In this document: positions 27,776 through 37,772 of the stretch, piece after piece | How positions within the stretch are numbered: position 1 is the stretch's first letter | Layout: every line of letters starts with the position of its first letter | IMG/VR virus record: IMGVR_UViG_3300032020_001000 | Span: 1-64,000 of that record | DNA: 64,000 nucleotides | Source: a virus | Reading direction: 5' to 3' (one strand) | Notes under the pieces: model-generated | Databases searched by the model: none | What the model was told of the DNA's origin: nothing | Seen by the model: only the letters and a program-made list of their open reading frames with translations | Made by a program: the position numbers and the translations under genes

Positions 27776-30327
27776 CTGAGGCAATGCCGACCCTGAGCCA
27801 GAAATGCGGGCTGTGTGGTCGGGCATTCGAGCAGGGCGAGGAGCGGCAGGGCGCCGGCGACATCGGGGCGCAGGCTATCAATGTCCGCTGCTCAGTGCCG
27901 GCGGCAATCTGCATCGTCGGCTGCGTGCTTCTCGCATTGCGCCATCCCGACAACGAGGGCCCATGCTCGATGCCAGCGCGCGTCTTTGCGCGAGGCCTAG
28001 CCGAGGCGATTATCCGGAGCGGTCTCATTCCGGTGCCACAGGCAGTGTACCAAGAATGGGCGCGGGAGCTGGGGATCGCTGGGCCGCAGCGAGGCAATGC
28101 ATGAGCGACGGCGAGGAGATCATCGTCATCTGCCTGCCAACATCCTGCGGCGCGCCGCGCGCGCCCTCCGAGCGGCGCGAGTGCGCGAACTGCGGGCGGG
28201 CAATCTGGCTGCACACCGAGATGGTTCCTGTGGCCACGCGTTGTATCTGCATGGCCTGCGCCGCGCGGCTGCCCGTCCCGCCTGCCGTAGTGCATTCGGT
28301 AACGCGGAGTTACCTGCATTCGCGCCGATACTCCGATGCACTCATCGACCGCATCCTGGGCGCATTCAACCGAGCCATCGCGGAAGCGGGGCAACCGCCA
28401 GAAGGAAAGCCCTGATGCCCTGGAAGCGCCTGCGATGCAAAGGCTGCGGGGCGGTGCAGCGCATCTATCGCCGTCCCAGCCGGAACAAACCGGCCGGTCA
28501 CATCAAGCACCTGTGGTACTACCAGTGCAAGGCGCGTATCCATCATGTCGAGCTGAGCCCGCACGAGGCAAATGACGGGCGCGTGGGGCCGCGACCTATC
28601 GGCGCAAAGATCGGAGGGAAGTGATGGGAGCATTCGACGGATTCAAGGTCGGCAGCCGGTTGATCCTGACGCATGATGCGCGGGATTTTGCCGCCGCGGG
28701 CGATGAGGTCGAGGTGGTGGCCATGCTGCAGCCGGGCGATTGCGACGGCGCGATCCGGGTGCCCGACGATGGCATCCGGGTCAAGCGAGTGGGCGGCCGG
28801 ATTAGCGAGCTCCACCCCGAGGAAATGGAGTTCGTCTGGGCCTGCGGCCGGCGGTATTTTGAGTGAATGGGGTGATGCCATGAGCCGACGGATTCCGCCA
28901 TGCAAGTTCTGCGGCCGCGATCTGCGCCGTCTCAAACCGCGTATGCTGGTGAGCGAGGGCGGCCGGGGCAAACAGAAGCACTGGGCACTGTGCGCCGATC
29001 CGGACTGCATGAGAAAGTTCCGCGAGGAGACCAGGCAGGGCTTGCACGCATTGAGCCGAGGCGAAGAGCCAGGAGCGAGCACATGACCACCTACCCCGAG
29101 CACGAAAAGATGCAGGCGGTGCAGGAGAAGAGCCAGGCGTGCGGCGAGTTCGTCGAGTGGTTTCAGCAGCGTGGGATTCATCTCGCCGAATACACAACTT
29201 TCACCCACACGTACAAGGCGCTCAACGGTCAGACACGTGAGATCAAGCGCGTGGAGCTGGCGCTCAGCCGGCGCTTGTTGCAAGACCTGCTTGCCGAGTT
29301 CTTCGGCATTGACCTCCAGCGCCTTGAAGCGGAAAAGCGCGCGATGCTGGCGGCGGCGCGGCTCGAGAGAGGAGGCGCTTGATGGCTCAGGAGATCCTGC
29401 GCGCAGCGATCATCCTCGCCATGTGCGACCTGGAATATCCGCTGCCTGCTGAGCGACCGTGGCAGAGTGAACATGCCCGTCAGGCATTGGCGACGGACCG
29501 CGAGCAGATCGACCTGGAGCGCCAGCAGTTCGGCATGAGCTTCGCCGACAGCACGGTCGGCGAGCTGATCGAATGGCTGCTCGCGGCGATCGGCGATGGG
29601 CGGGTGCGGCTTGTGGCGCGGGGGCAGAGTGATGGCGGCTACGGTCTATGACCTCGAGATCTTCTTGGAGGGACCGAACTGATGAGCAGCAATCCGACAC
29701 TAGCGCAAGTAACACACCAACTGCGCCAAGCGCACGCCAGCTATGATGCCGTCGTGCTGCGCGAACGCATCATCTGGGAGCAAGCCCTCCGCCATGCCGA
29801 GACCGCCTATAACGCTGAACTCACCGCCCATGATGCCTTATACGCGCGCGCCATAGAGGCGGCCGCCGAACGAATGAGAGTCATTGTCAAGCCCACCTGG
29901 GAGCAATACCGCACCGCGATGCACGACGCGGATATGGATCTCCAGGCAGCCATTCGGAAGTTCGAAGAGACGGCAGCGAGCTTACGCGGCGAAAGAGAAC
30001 GGAAGCCGAGCAAAGCCAAGGGCCAGATGGTTAGTAAAGACACAGAGGCAAAGTCATGACGGCTAGCGTGCGCACGCGATGACGACAAAGCAGCGGCTTG
30101 AGGAAGTCCTGCGGGCAGCCGGCCTGCATGAGATGGCCGCGAATGCGCTGCTCGGTGGCTACGATGATTTCGAGACCACGAGTCCGACACCAATCCATGA
30201 CCTGGTGCGGGATCTCAATGCTGCGGGCCGGCCCGATCTGGCGCAGCGGGCTATCAATGGGGAATGGGATGCAAGCCCCGATGAGGCGCGCGAATGGTTT
30301 AAACGCGAAGGCAGATATCTCCGATGA
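27772..30327 (+). CDS. Cluster of small hypothetical genes (e.g. 28621-28866, 29083-29382, 29379-29651, 29682-30059, 30079-30327)
   Basis: Translationally coupled short ORFs, several with CxxC; individual starts uncertain. Confidence 0.45.
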
Positions 30328-30406
30328 TGTGGGCGGCGGGAGGCACAGGGCGTGGCGCGGCCGAGAACCGCCTGCGCCAGAGTCAGGAGGATTGGGGGTG
30401 CGAGGA

Positions 30407-30892
30407 ATGAGTAGGAGGGACCAGGGACTGACGCCGGAGGAGTTGGAGCAGGCAGTTCATCATGCGTTGCTGGCATTCAGCAACGAGCAGTTGGTGAGGG
30501 AACTGGAGCGGCGTTATGAGCACAATCACCCTCGCTACGCTCGATGGAAGCTACGACCTTCAGAGCTTGCGTTGGCGGCGCTGGACATGACTGGCGTGAT
30601 CCGTAGCAAGACCCATGAATTGCTAAAGGCGGAGATGAAGCTGCTTAAGCTGACCAAAAAGGACATGCTCCAGCAAGCGGCGATAGCGGAAGCCCAGGCA
30701 GAGGTGGGGGGAGACATTATCGAACTGGTCAAGCAACGCGACAACGAGATGCCAGCGTGGGACGGTTTACTCGCCGCCCTGAAGGAAAGACAAACGACGA
30801 TCAGTCGGATAGTAGAGCGCTACAGATTGCCCGCGCGCGCGAGGACGGATGAGCTGGCAAGCACCGAAGAGGCAGAGGGCAGCGTCCATTAA
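30407..30892 (+). CDS. Helical hypothetical protein immediately upstream of the TnpB/Cas12f-like gene
   Basis: ORF ends 18 nt before the nuclease start. Confidence 0.6.
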   Translation: MSRRDQGLTPEELEQAVHHALLAFSNEQLVRELERRYEHNHPRYARWKLRPSELALAALDMTGVIRSKTHELLKAEMKLLKLTKKDMLQQAAIAEAQAEVGGDIIELVKQRDNEMPAWDGLLAALKERQTTISRIVERYRLPARARTDELASTEEAEGSVH

Positions 30893-30910
30893 GACTAGAG
30901 GGAAGTACCA

Positions 30911-32266
30911 ATGGCATTCCGGCGGGGAAAAGCGAAGGCCGAAGGACGGATAATTGGGATTCGCTTCAAGGTGAGCGACCCGAAGCCGGCCGACCTGGCG
31001 ATGCTGAAGACGCTGGCAGCGCGCTGCCGCGAGTTGCGTTATCACCTCTTTGATTGGGCAGTCGCAAACGATGGTTCCGGGCCAGAGCACCTGCGCGCCA
31101 TGTATTACGAGGCCGCCCGCTTGGCGCCCGATCTGTCGGCAGACATGAGAGGCACGATTGCCGGGGAAATACGCACGGCGATCAAGCAGTATCGCAAAGT
31201 GCAGCGCCAGGACCCGCTGGCGCGCCCCTTCGAGTTCAAGCGCGTCATCATTCCGGTCAAGGTCTCAAGCATCTATGAGTTGGCGCCAGAAGGGGCGAAT
31301 GGTTATTGGCGGCTGCGTGTCGGACTATGGGCGAGGGGCGGCACTGAAGAAACCACGGCCAGTCTCCGTCTAGCCGCGGACACTAATCGCAACGGGGATG
31401 GCTATCAATTGGCGCACTACAATGCTGCGGTGGCCTGGGGACTGGAGGCAGGCTCCTCGCCGATAGGGGACGGTAAGATTGTGCTCCAACGCGGGAAGTG
31501 GCTCTACATTCAGGCCTTATCCTTGGCTCCGGTTATGGCGGTCGAGGGCCTGCGGGTTGCGGGGGTTGATGTGGGGCGCCATCATCTGGCAGTGGTGGCG
31601 ATGCCCGAGAACGGAAAGACGGAGTTCGTGGGGCGTTACAATTGGGTGCGCGACTTGATCGCCGACCGCTGGCGGAAGACTCGTCTCTATCGTGCGGGCC
31701 TGCGGAAGCGCGCCAATGCCGAAAGCGATAGGGCGGCTGACAAGACAAAGACAATCTGTCAGCAGGTGGCGGCTCGCGTCGCGGATGTGCTCGTGCAGTG
31801 GGAGGCCACGCACGTGGCGATGGAAGACCTGACCGGCATGAGGGAGAGACTCGCGGAAAAGTTCGGCGAGGGCACCGAGGGAGCCGTCGTCAATGCGCGC
31901 TTCCCCTACTATAGATTGCAGGCGGCGATTGAGTATGCTTGCGGGAAGGTTGGGATTGCCACCGTCAAGGTGGAGGCCAAATACAGTTCGCAGACGTGTT
32001 GGCGCTGCGGAGAAAGGGGCAAGCGGGATGGGCTAGAGTTTAGATGCGACGAGTGCGGCAAGGAGCATGCTGATGCAAATGCGGCCCGCGTGATAGCTCA
32101 GCGAGGTCGCGAAGAGGTGATGGCACAGATGGATCAAGCAAGGCCAGCGGTTCCGGCTGCTGGACCCCGGGCGCCTGTACGCCCGCACGCCGACGAAGCA
32201 CAGGAGAGGCGGGAATCCTGTGCCGGTCTCGGCAATTGGCCGGAGAAAAATGAGGCTACGGTCTAG
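30911..32266 (+). CDS. tnpB: TnpB/Cas12f-like RNA-guided RuvC nuclease (451 aa)
   Basis: RuvC-I AGVDVG, RuvC-II VAMEDL, YSSQTCWRCG..FRCDECG Zn finger and RuvC-III HADANAARVI; D-E-D triad intact. Confidence 0.9.
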   Translation: MAFRRGKAKAEGRIIGIRFKVSDPKPADLAMLKTLAARCRELRYHLFDWAVANDGSGPEHLRAMYYEAARLAPDLSADMRGTIAGEIRTAIKQYRKVQRQDPLARPFEFKRVIIPVKVSSIYELAPEGANGYWRLRVGLWARGGTEETTASLRLAADTNRNGDGYQLAHYNAAVAWGLEAGSSPIGDGKIVLQRGKWLYIQALSLAPVMAVEGLRVAGVDVGRHHLAVVAMPENGKTEFVGRYNWVRDLIADRWRKTRLYRAGLRKRANAESDRAADKTKTICQQVAARVADVLVQWEATHVAMEDLTGMRERLAEKFGEGTEGAVVNARFPYYRLQAAIEYACGKVGIATVKVEAKYSSQTCWRCGERGKRDGLEFRCDECGKEHADANAARVIAQRGREEVMAQMDQARPAVPAAGPRAPVRPHADEAQERRESCAGLGNWPEKNEATV

Positions 32267-32427
32267 TGGGGCGCGCATTCACGGCCAACTACAGGCAGGC
32301 GGCCCCTGTGCGCTCGTGCCCCTGGGGTGTAGTGGGGCGCGCATTCACGGCCAACTACAGGCGCTCGCTCGCATAGGACGCGTTCTCAACCGCTGTAGTG
32401 GGGCGCGCATTCACGGCCAACTACAGG
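32260..32427 (+). CRISPR. Mini CRISPR array, copy B (three 36-nt repeats, two 30-nt spacers)
   Basis: Repeats at 32260, 32326 and 32392; the nuclease stop codon (32264-32266) lies inside repeat 1. Confidence 0.9.
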
Positions 32428-32461
32428 ACAGGGGAATAGGCAGACAGGAGAGGAGGATACG

Positions 32462-32746
32462 GTGATGCGAGTTAACGTTGGCAGGCTTAACCCGGACGAG
32501 TTGGCGGCACTGGTGACGGCGGGCGAGCAGCGCCTCGAGGACATGCGGAGGGCGGCGTCGCGTCTGCCGGAAGCGCAGCGGAACCTCGAGGAGGCCCTCG
32601 GGGAGCGCGATCGTATCAGCGCGGAGATCCGCGCACTGCGCGCAGAGATCGAGGGGCTGCAGAATACGATCAAGCCGAAGCGGCGGCGCAAGGCGACGCC
32701 CGAGGCCGCCGCAGAGGCCCCGGATGATGCCATTGCCGCCGAATGA
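32462..32746 (+). CDS. Coiled-coil protein with a basic tail (paralog of 25147-25485)
   Basis: VGRLNPDEL...RAEIEGLQNTIKPKRRRKA; GAGGAGG RBS. Confidence 0.65.
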   Translation: MMRVNVGRLNPDELAALVTAGEQRLEDMRRAASRLPEAQRNLEEALGERDRISAEIRALRAEIEGLQNTIKPKRRRKATPEAAAEAPDDAIAAE

Positions 32747-32768
32747 GCCCGTTCGGGGAGGGCAGAGC

Positions 32769-32963
32769 ATGGCATCGAGCGAGAAGGAGTGGCCGTCCGG
32801 CTACTGCGTGAGCGTGCCGCTGTACACGGCGGTGACGCGCGCGCTGATCCGCGACCGCGGAGATCGGCTCATAGACCAGGCGGGTCACAATGAGCTGATT
32901 CGCCTGCTGGCCGAGGTGCAAGAGTTCTTCGATGGACTGCCTCGCGCCGGGAGGGCAAGATGA
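32769..32963 (+). CDS. Small hypothetical protein
   Basis: GGAGG RBS. Confidence 0.5.
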   Translation: MASSEKEWPSGYCVSVPLYTAVTRALIRDRGDRLIDQAGHNELIRLLAEVQEFFDGLPRAGRAR

Positions 32964-32968
32964 ATGTT

Positions 32969-33067
32969 GGGCGGCGGGTAGTGTATGCGTTGGCGATTGG
33001 CGCATGCCTCCATCGGCGCCGGAAGAAGCCGCCGGGCGAGTACGGTGCCGCTTCCTGCCCGCCGCCC
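32969..33067 (+). ncRNA. 99-nt structured element, copy 2
   Basis: Intergenic near-identical copy of 25020-25118. Confidence 0.55.
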
Positions 33068-33090
33068 CATGTCCGGGAAAGGAGTCAATC

Positions 33091-33291
33091 GTGAGTGAGC
33101 GCCACACGGAGTCTGAACTGCGGGGGATGATCACCGCCCGCCAGAACGAGATCGAGGAGATCATGTACCGGTGCGAGCGGTCGGGGTTTCCCCAGGCCGC
33201 AGAAGAACTGCAGGATGCCATGGTTGACCTGACGGCGGCGAAGCATGCCCTGGTGCGCGAGGCGAAGGCGCGGGAGGTCCAGGGGGAATGA
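33091..33291 (+). CDS. Small helical hypothetical protein
   Basis: AAGGAG RBS, GTG start; coupled to the next gene. Confidence 0.5.
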   Translation: MSERHTESELRGMITARQNEIEEIMYRCERSGFPQAAEELQDAMVDLTAAKHALVREAKAREVQGE

Positions 33292-34286
33292 CCCGTCGCA
33301 TCGGGCGCTTTCAGTCCAAGCCGGGCATAGTCTGCGCTGGGTTCTGGCGCTTGCCCTACATTGCTGCATGCCCGCATCAGTGCGCCTACTGCTACCTCGC
33401 GGGGACATACTGGCGCGGCCTCCCGCGGGATTTGACCGAGGCCGATCTGCCGGAGATGCAGCATGAAGTAGAGCGCTGGATGGAACGCACACGCTGCGAG
33501 GTCTGCGATGGCAGCGGCGAGTGGTGTCGGGCCTGTGATGCGCCCAGTCATGGCCCGGTGCAGGATGATGCAACGGGGGGACCCTGTCCAGTCTGCAAGG
33601 GCACCGGCGGAGCGATCCTCAACGCCGGCGAGCTGTCTGATTCCTTCGCCCCGGCGATCTCGGCGGAGCTGAGCCTGCGTCTCATCGAGATGTTCCGGGC
33701 TCAGGATAGGCACACGCTGCTGCTGCTCACCAAGGCCCTGCCGCATAGAGTGCTTCGCAAGACCGAGCCGACGCCGCAGGTAATCCTGAGCTTCTCGCTG
33801 GGCCAGCAGCGGTTCTGCGGCCAACCGCTTGCGGGGCGCGGCCCCACCGGCGAGGCTCTGATTGCGGCGGCGGGGGAGCTGCGCGCGATGGGATGGCGGG
33901 TTCGGCTGCGGATCGATCCCATCATCGACCGCCAAGGCCCGGAGCAGATCGAGCGGCTGCTGGAGAAGACACCTGGGCCGTGGGAGCGGATCACGCTCGG
34001 CTCGTTGAGATTCACCGAGGCGACCCACCGCCTGATGGTTCTCGGCACGCCCCTGCAGCATGCCTTGGCCGGGCACCTAGTAGCCCGGATGGAGCCGGAC
34101 TTTGGCCACCATCCGTGGCGGCTGGGCACGCATGAGCGGGTGCGGCTCTACCGCGACATCCGGGAGCGCCTGGCCGGCTGCACGGATTCCTGGGCGCTGT
34201 GCAAGGAGACGCCTGACATCTGGCGCCTGACCTTTGGCGCGGACTGGCCCGGGCATGAGTCGGTGCGGTGTAACTGTACGCCGTAG
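33288..34286 (+). CDS. Radical SAM protein, spore-photoproduct-lyase-like
   Basis: CPHQCAYC, NAGELSDS, LLLTK and LRIDPII; inserted CxxCxGxG Zn finger. Confidence 0.75.
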   Translation: MTRRIGRFQSKPGIVCAGFWRLPYIAACPHQCAYCYLAGTYWRGLPRDLTEADLPEMQHEVERWMERTRCEVCDGSGEWCRACDAPSHGPVQDDATGGPCPVCKGTGGAILNAGELSDSFAPAISAELSLRLIEMFRAQDRHTLLLLTKALPHRVLRKTEPTPQVILSFSLGQQRFCGQPLAGRGPTGEALIAAAGELRAMGWRVRLRIDPIIDRQGPEQIERLLEKTPGPWERITLGSLRFTEATHRLMVLGTPLQHALAGHLVARMEPDFGHHPWRLGTHERVRLYRDIRERLAGCTDSWALCKETPDIWRLTFGADWPGHESVRCNCTP

Positions 34287-34335
34287 GAAGCGGCCGACAT
34301 CACCGCCATCCATGACAACACGAGGAGGCGACCGA

Positions 34336-35976
34336 GTGACCGACCAGACGGCTATTACCTACGTCGAGGCGCGGAGCCTGCATGAGTCCGCGACCAACCC
34401 GCGCCGGCACTTCGACGAGCGCGGGCTCGAGGAGCTCGCGGCCAGCATCCGCGAGCAGGGCATCATCAACGCGCTGCTGGTGCGCCCCATTCGTGACGAC
34501 CGCGGCGAGCAGGTGATGGAGCGCGGGCCCAAGGATGATCGCAAGCCTCGGCCATCATACGAGGTGATCTGCGGCGCCCGCCGGCTGCGGGCCGCCCGGG
34601 CGGCGGGGCTGGAGTCCATCCCGATCGTGATCCGCGACCTCAACGACGCCCAGGCGCTGGAAACACAGGTCGTGGAGAACCTGCAGCGCGAGGACGTGCA
34701 TCCCCTGGACGAGGCCCATGGTTTCCGCGCGCTCATGGAGAGCTGCCGCTACGACGTCACGGCGGTGGCAGCCAAGGTTGGGCGCTCGCAGTCCTACATC
34801 TACCAGCGCCTCAAACTGTGCGAACTCATCGAGCCGGTGCAGACCGCGCTGTGGGAGGAAAAGATCACCGCCGCCCATGCCATCCTGATCGCCCGCCTCC
34901 AGCCCCACGATCAGGCCGAGGCGCTGAAGCAGGCCACGCCCCGTTATCTCCAGGGCGACCATGTCAGCGCCGCTCATCTCGACGACTGGATTAGAAGCAA
35001 CATCCTGCTCGACCTGCACGCCGCGCCATTCGCCAAGGCGGATGCGCCGGACCTGGTGCCATCCGCGAGCGTTTGCAAAGATTGCAAAAAGCGGACGGGG
35101 TACACGCCGGCGCTGTGGAGTGACCTGGCGAAGCGGGACCTGTGCGCCGACCGTGCCTGCTACCACGCGAAGACCACCGCCCACGTCGAGCGCGCACTCG
35201 CGGCGGCGAAGACGAAGGGCGAGCGGCTGCTGCGGCTCAGCAGGCATTATGGGGCGACGGATAAGGGCATCCTCTCGCGCAATGACTACTCCCAGCTAAA
35301 ATCCGGCCTCAAGCATTGTGAAGCGGCGGGCAAGGGCATCATCGTCGGCGGCGAGGACGACCTGGGGCAGATCATCACCGTGTGCCCGCGCTCCTCGAAG
35401 TGCAAAGAGCACTGGGGATCGAGTTCGTCGGCGCGCGCGCCGTCTGAGATCGCGGCGGAGAAGAAGCGCAAGGAGGCGAAGCGCGCCGCCCAGCGCGCGG
35501 GCCAACTGGTGCTCGAGCGGATCATGGAACGCGCGCGGGCGGAACCATTCGGCGCGCCGGCGATGCGGCTGCTTTATGCCGCCCAGACGCGGCACCTGGA
35601 TCATAACGCGGCGAAACGCATGAGCGAGCAGCTCGGGCTGGAGCCGTCGAAGAACAACTGGGGCGGTACCGATTATCGAGGGGCAATCGTCAGCGTTTTC
35701 GATAATGAAGGGTCGCCCGAAAAGATCGCAACCGCGACCATCGAGTTGGCGCTGCAGGCGGAACTGGCAAGCGATCTCAACAACCACCAATTCGACGGCA
35801 AGTACGAGCACCTGCGGCAGCGCGGAAAAGACTGGGGCGTCAATGTCGCCGGCGCCGAGCGCCAGGTGGCGGCCGAGGAAAAGCAGCGCGCGGACGCGGC
35901 GGCCGCCCGGGCCAAGAAGCCGGCGCCCACCGGGAAGAAGCAAGCCAAGGCTAAGGGCAAGGCCGAGGGCAAATGA
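34336..35976 (+). CDS. parB: ParB/Spo0J-family protein with a long C-terminal extension
   Basis: NPRRHFD..ELAASIREQGII, ICGARRLRAA, ENLQREDVHPLDEA and HTH. Confidence 0.88.
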   Translation: MTDQTAITYVEARSLHESATNPRRHFDERGLEELAASIREQGIINALLVRPIRDDRGEQVMERGPKDDRKPRPSYEVICGARRLRAARAAGLESIPIVIRDLNDAQALETQVVENLQREDVHPLDEAHGFRALMESCRYDVTAVAAKVGRSQSYIYQRLKLCELIEPVQTALWEEKITAAHAILIARLQPHDQAEALKQATPRYLQGDHVSAAHLDDWIRSNILLDLHAAPFAKADAPDLVPSASVCKDCKKRTGYTPALWSDLAKRDLCADRACYHAKTTAHVERALAAAKTKGERLLRLSRHYGATDKGILSRNDYSQLKSGLKHCEAAGKGIIVGGEDDLGQIITVCPRSSKCKEHWGSSSSARAPSEIAAEKKRKEAKRAAQRAGQLVLERIMERARAEPFGAPAMRLLYAAQTRHLDHNAAKRMSEQLGLEPSKNNWGGTDYRGAIVSVFDNEGSPEKIATATIELALQAELASDLNNHQFDGKYEHLRQRGKDWGVNVAGAERQVAAEEKQRADAAAARAKKPAPTGKKQAKAKGKAEGK

Positions 35977-37772
35977 GAAGCAGCCCGCGAATCGAGTTGG
36001 GCCGCACAGTCGAGGATGCCCGGCCATTCTATCTCGACATGGAGACCCTCCTTCCGACGCGCCTGCTGCTGCAGGCGACGAGCGGCGGGGGCAAGTCATG
36101 GGCACTCCGCCGCATCCTGGAACAATCCCACGGGAGCATTCAGCAGATCGTGATTGACCCCGAGGGCGAGTTCCCCAGCCTGCGCGAGAAGTATGACTAT
36201 GTCCTGGTGGGCAAGGGCGGCGACATTGCGGCCGAGCCGCGGTTGGCAGAGATGCTGGCGCATCGGCTGCTCGAGTTGGGCGTCAGCGCCGTCTGCGATC
36301 TCTACGAGATGCGCGCCCGCGAGCGGCCGCACTTTGTGAAGGTTTTCCTCGAGGGCTTGATCAACGCACCGCGCAAACTTTGGCATCCGGTTCTGATCGT
36401 TGTCGATGAGGCACATGCGTACTGCCCTGAAAAGGCCGACTCCGAATCAACCGATGCAGTATGCGACCTCTGCACGCGCGGACGCAAGCGCGGCTTCTGC
36501 GCGATCCTGGCAACGCAGCGACTGAGCAACCTGAACAAGCAGGCGGCCGCGCAATGCTTTAACGTCATGGTCGGCCCGACCAGCCTGGACATTGATCGCA
36601 AGCGCGCGGTCGAGGCCCTGGGTCTGAGCGGCGCCGAGCAGAAGCGCGTCCAGAACCTGCTGATGACGCGCGAGCCGGGCGAGTTCTACTGCATCGGTCG
36701 GGCGATGTCCAAGTCGCTCGCGTTGGTGAAGGTCGGCGGCGTGCAGACACATCACCCGGAGATCGCGCGGGGTGCTCGAGCGGTGCAAGGGCCTCCCCCA
36801 CCCCCGGAACGGGTCAAGGCTATGCTGGCGAAGCTGGCCGACCTGCCGCGGGCCGCAGAAGAAGACATTCAAGAGCGCGCCGGTTTACAGCGCCGGGTGC
36901 GCGAGTTGACCGGCGAGTTGGCGGCGGCGAAGCGGGTGGCACCGGGGCGGATAGATGACAAGCAAGAATTGGAGCTGCGCGCCGAGGTGCGCGCGGCCAA
37001 GGGGGCGCTGGCCGGCGCGGAGGTTCTGCACCGGCAGCGGATTGCGGAGGCGCGCAAGGCCGGCGACGAACTCAAGGGCATACTGAGCCGCGTGGCAGAT
37101 CTGGCGGCGAAAGCGGCTGCGATCACGTTGCCAGACCCCGCGGTGAGCCTGATCGAATGGGACAAAGCCGCAGGCGGGGCAGGTGGGCCGCCGATCGTCG
37201 GGACGCAACCTCCAGAACCTAGCATGCGAAGGCTGGATGGACGCCGGCGAGTTCCCGGCCCCCCGCCCGCAGGCCTTGATACCGCAGAGCCGTTGCTGCG
37301 CGCCGGTGCGCTGCGGATGCTGCGCACCCTTGCGCAGCACCACCCGATGGTTATGACGCGCAGCCAGCTCGGCACGCTCAGCGGCTTCACCCCGAGCGGC
37401 GAGACATTCGGTACCTACCTCGGCGACCTGCGTCGTGGCGGGTACATCGCTCTGGAAGGCCGCGAAGTAGAGATTACCGAGGCCGGCCTTGAACGCGCGG
37501 GCCGCGTACCGCCCACGCCGACCACGCTCGATGAACGGCTCGATGTCTGGCGGGGGGCCCTCCGCGCCGGCGAGCGGAAGATGCTCGATATCCTGGTCGA
37601 AGTTTACCCCGATACCCTCAGTCGCCAGGACCTCGCGGAGCGCACGGGTTTCGAGGCCAGCGGCGGCACATTCGGCACCTACCTCGGCGTGCTGCGGCGC
37701 AACGGACTGATCGAGGTGCGCGGCCCGGAAGTGCGCGCATCAGACACGCTGTTCATGGGGGACGGAGCATGA
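35973..37772 (+). CDS. HerA/DUF87-like P-loop ATPase with tandem C-terminal winged helices
   Basis: ATSGGGKS, VIDPEGEF, VVDEAH, RGRKRG and ATQR; two GTFGTYL repeats. Confidence 0.8.
   Translation: MRSSPRIELGRTVEDARPFYLDMETLLPTRLLLQATSGGGKSWALRRILEQSHGSIQQIVIDPEGEFPSLREKYDYVLVGKGGDIAAEPRLAEMLAHRLLELGVSAVCDLYEMRARERPHFVKVFLEGLINAPRKLWHPVLIVVDEAHAYCPEKADSESTDAVCDLCTRGRKRGFCAILATQRLSNLNKQAAAQCFNVMVGPTSLDIDRKRAVEALGLSGAEQKRVQNLLMTREPGEFYCIGRAMSKSLALVKVGGVQTHHPEIARGARAVQGPPPPPERVKAMLAKLADLPRAAEEDIQERAGLQRRVRELTGELAAAKRVAPGRIDDKQELELRAEVRAAKGALAGAEVLHRQRIAEARKAGDELKGILSRVADLAAKAAAITLPDPAVSLIEWDKAAGGAGGPPIVGTQPPEPSMRRLDGRRRVPGPPPAGLDTAEPLLRAGALRMLRTLAQHHPMVMTRSQLGTLSGFTPSGETFGTYLGDLRRGGYIALEGREVEITEAGLERAGRVPPTPTTLDERLDVWRGALRAGERKMLDILVEVYPDTLSRQDLAERTGFEASGGTFGTYLGVLRRNGLIEVRGPEVRASDTLFMGDGA

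Noticed and set aside
30911-32266. Complete IS200/IS605 or IS607 element
   Set aside because: No Y1 or serine transposase is adjacent and I could not identify element ends.
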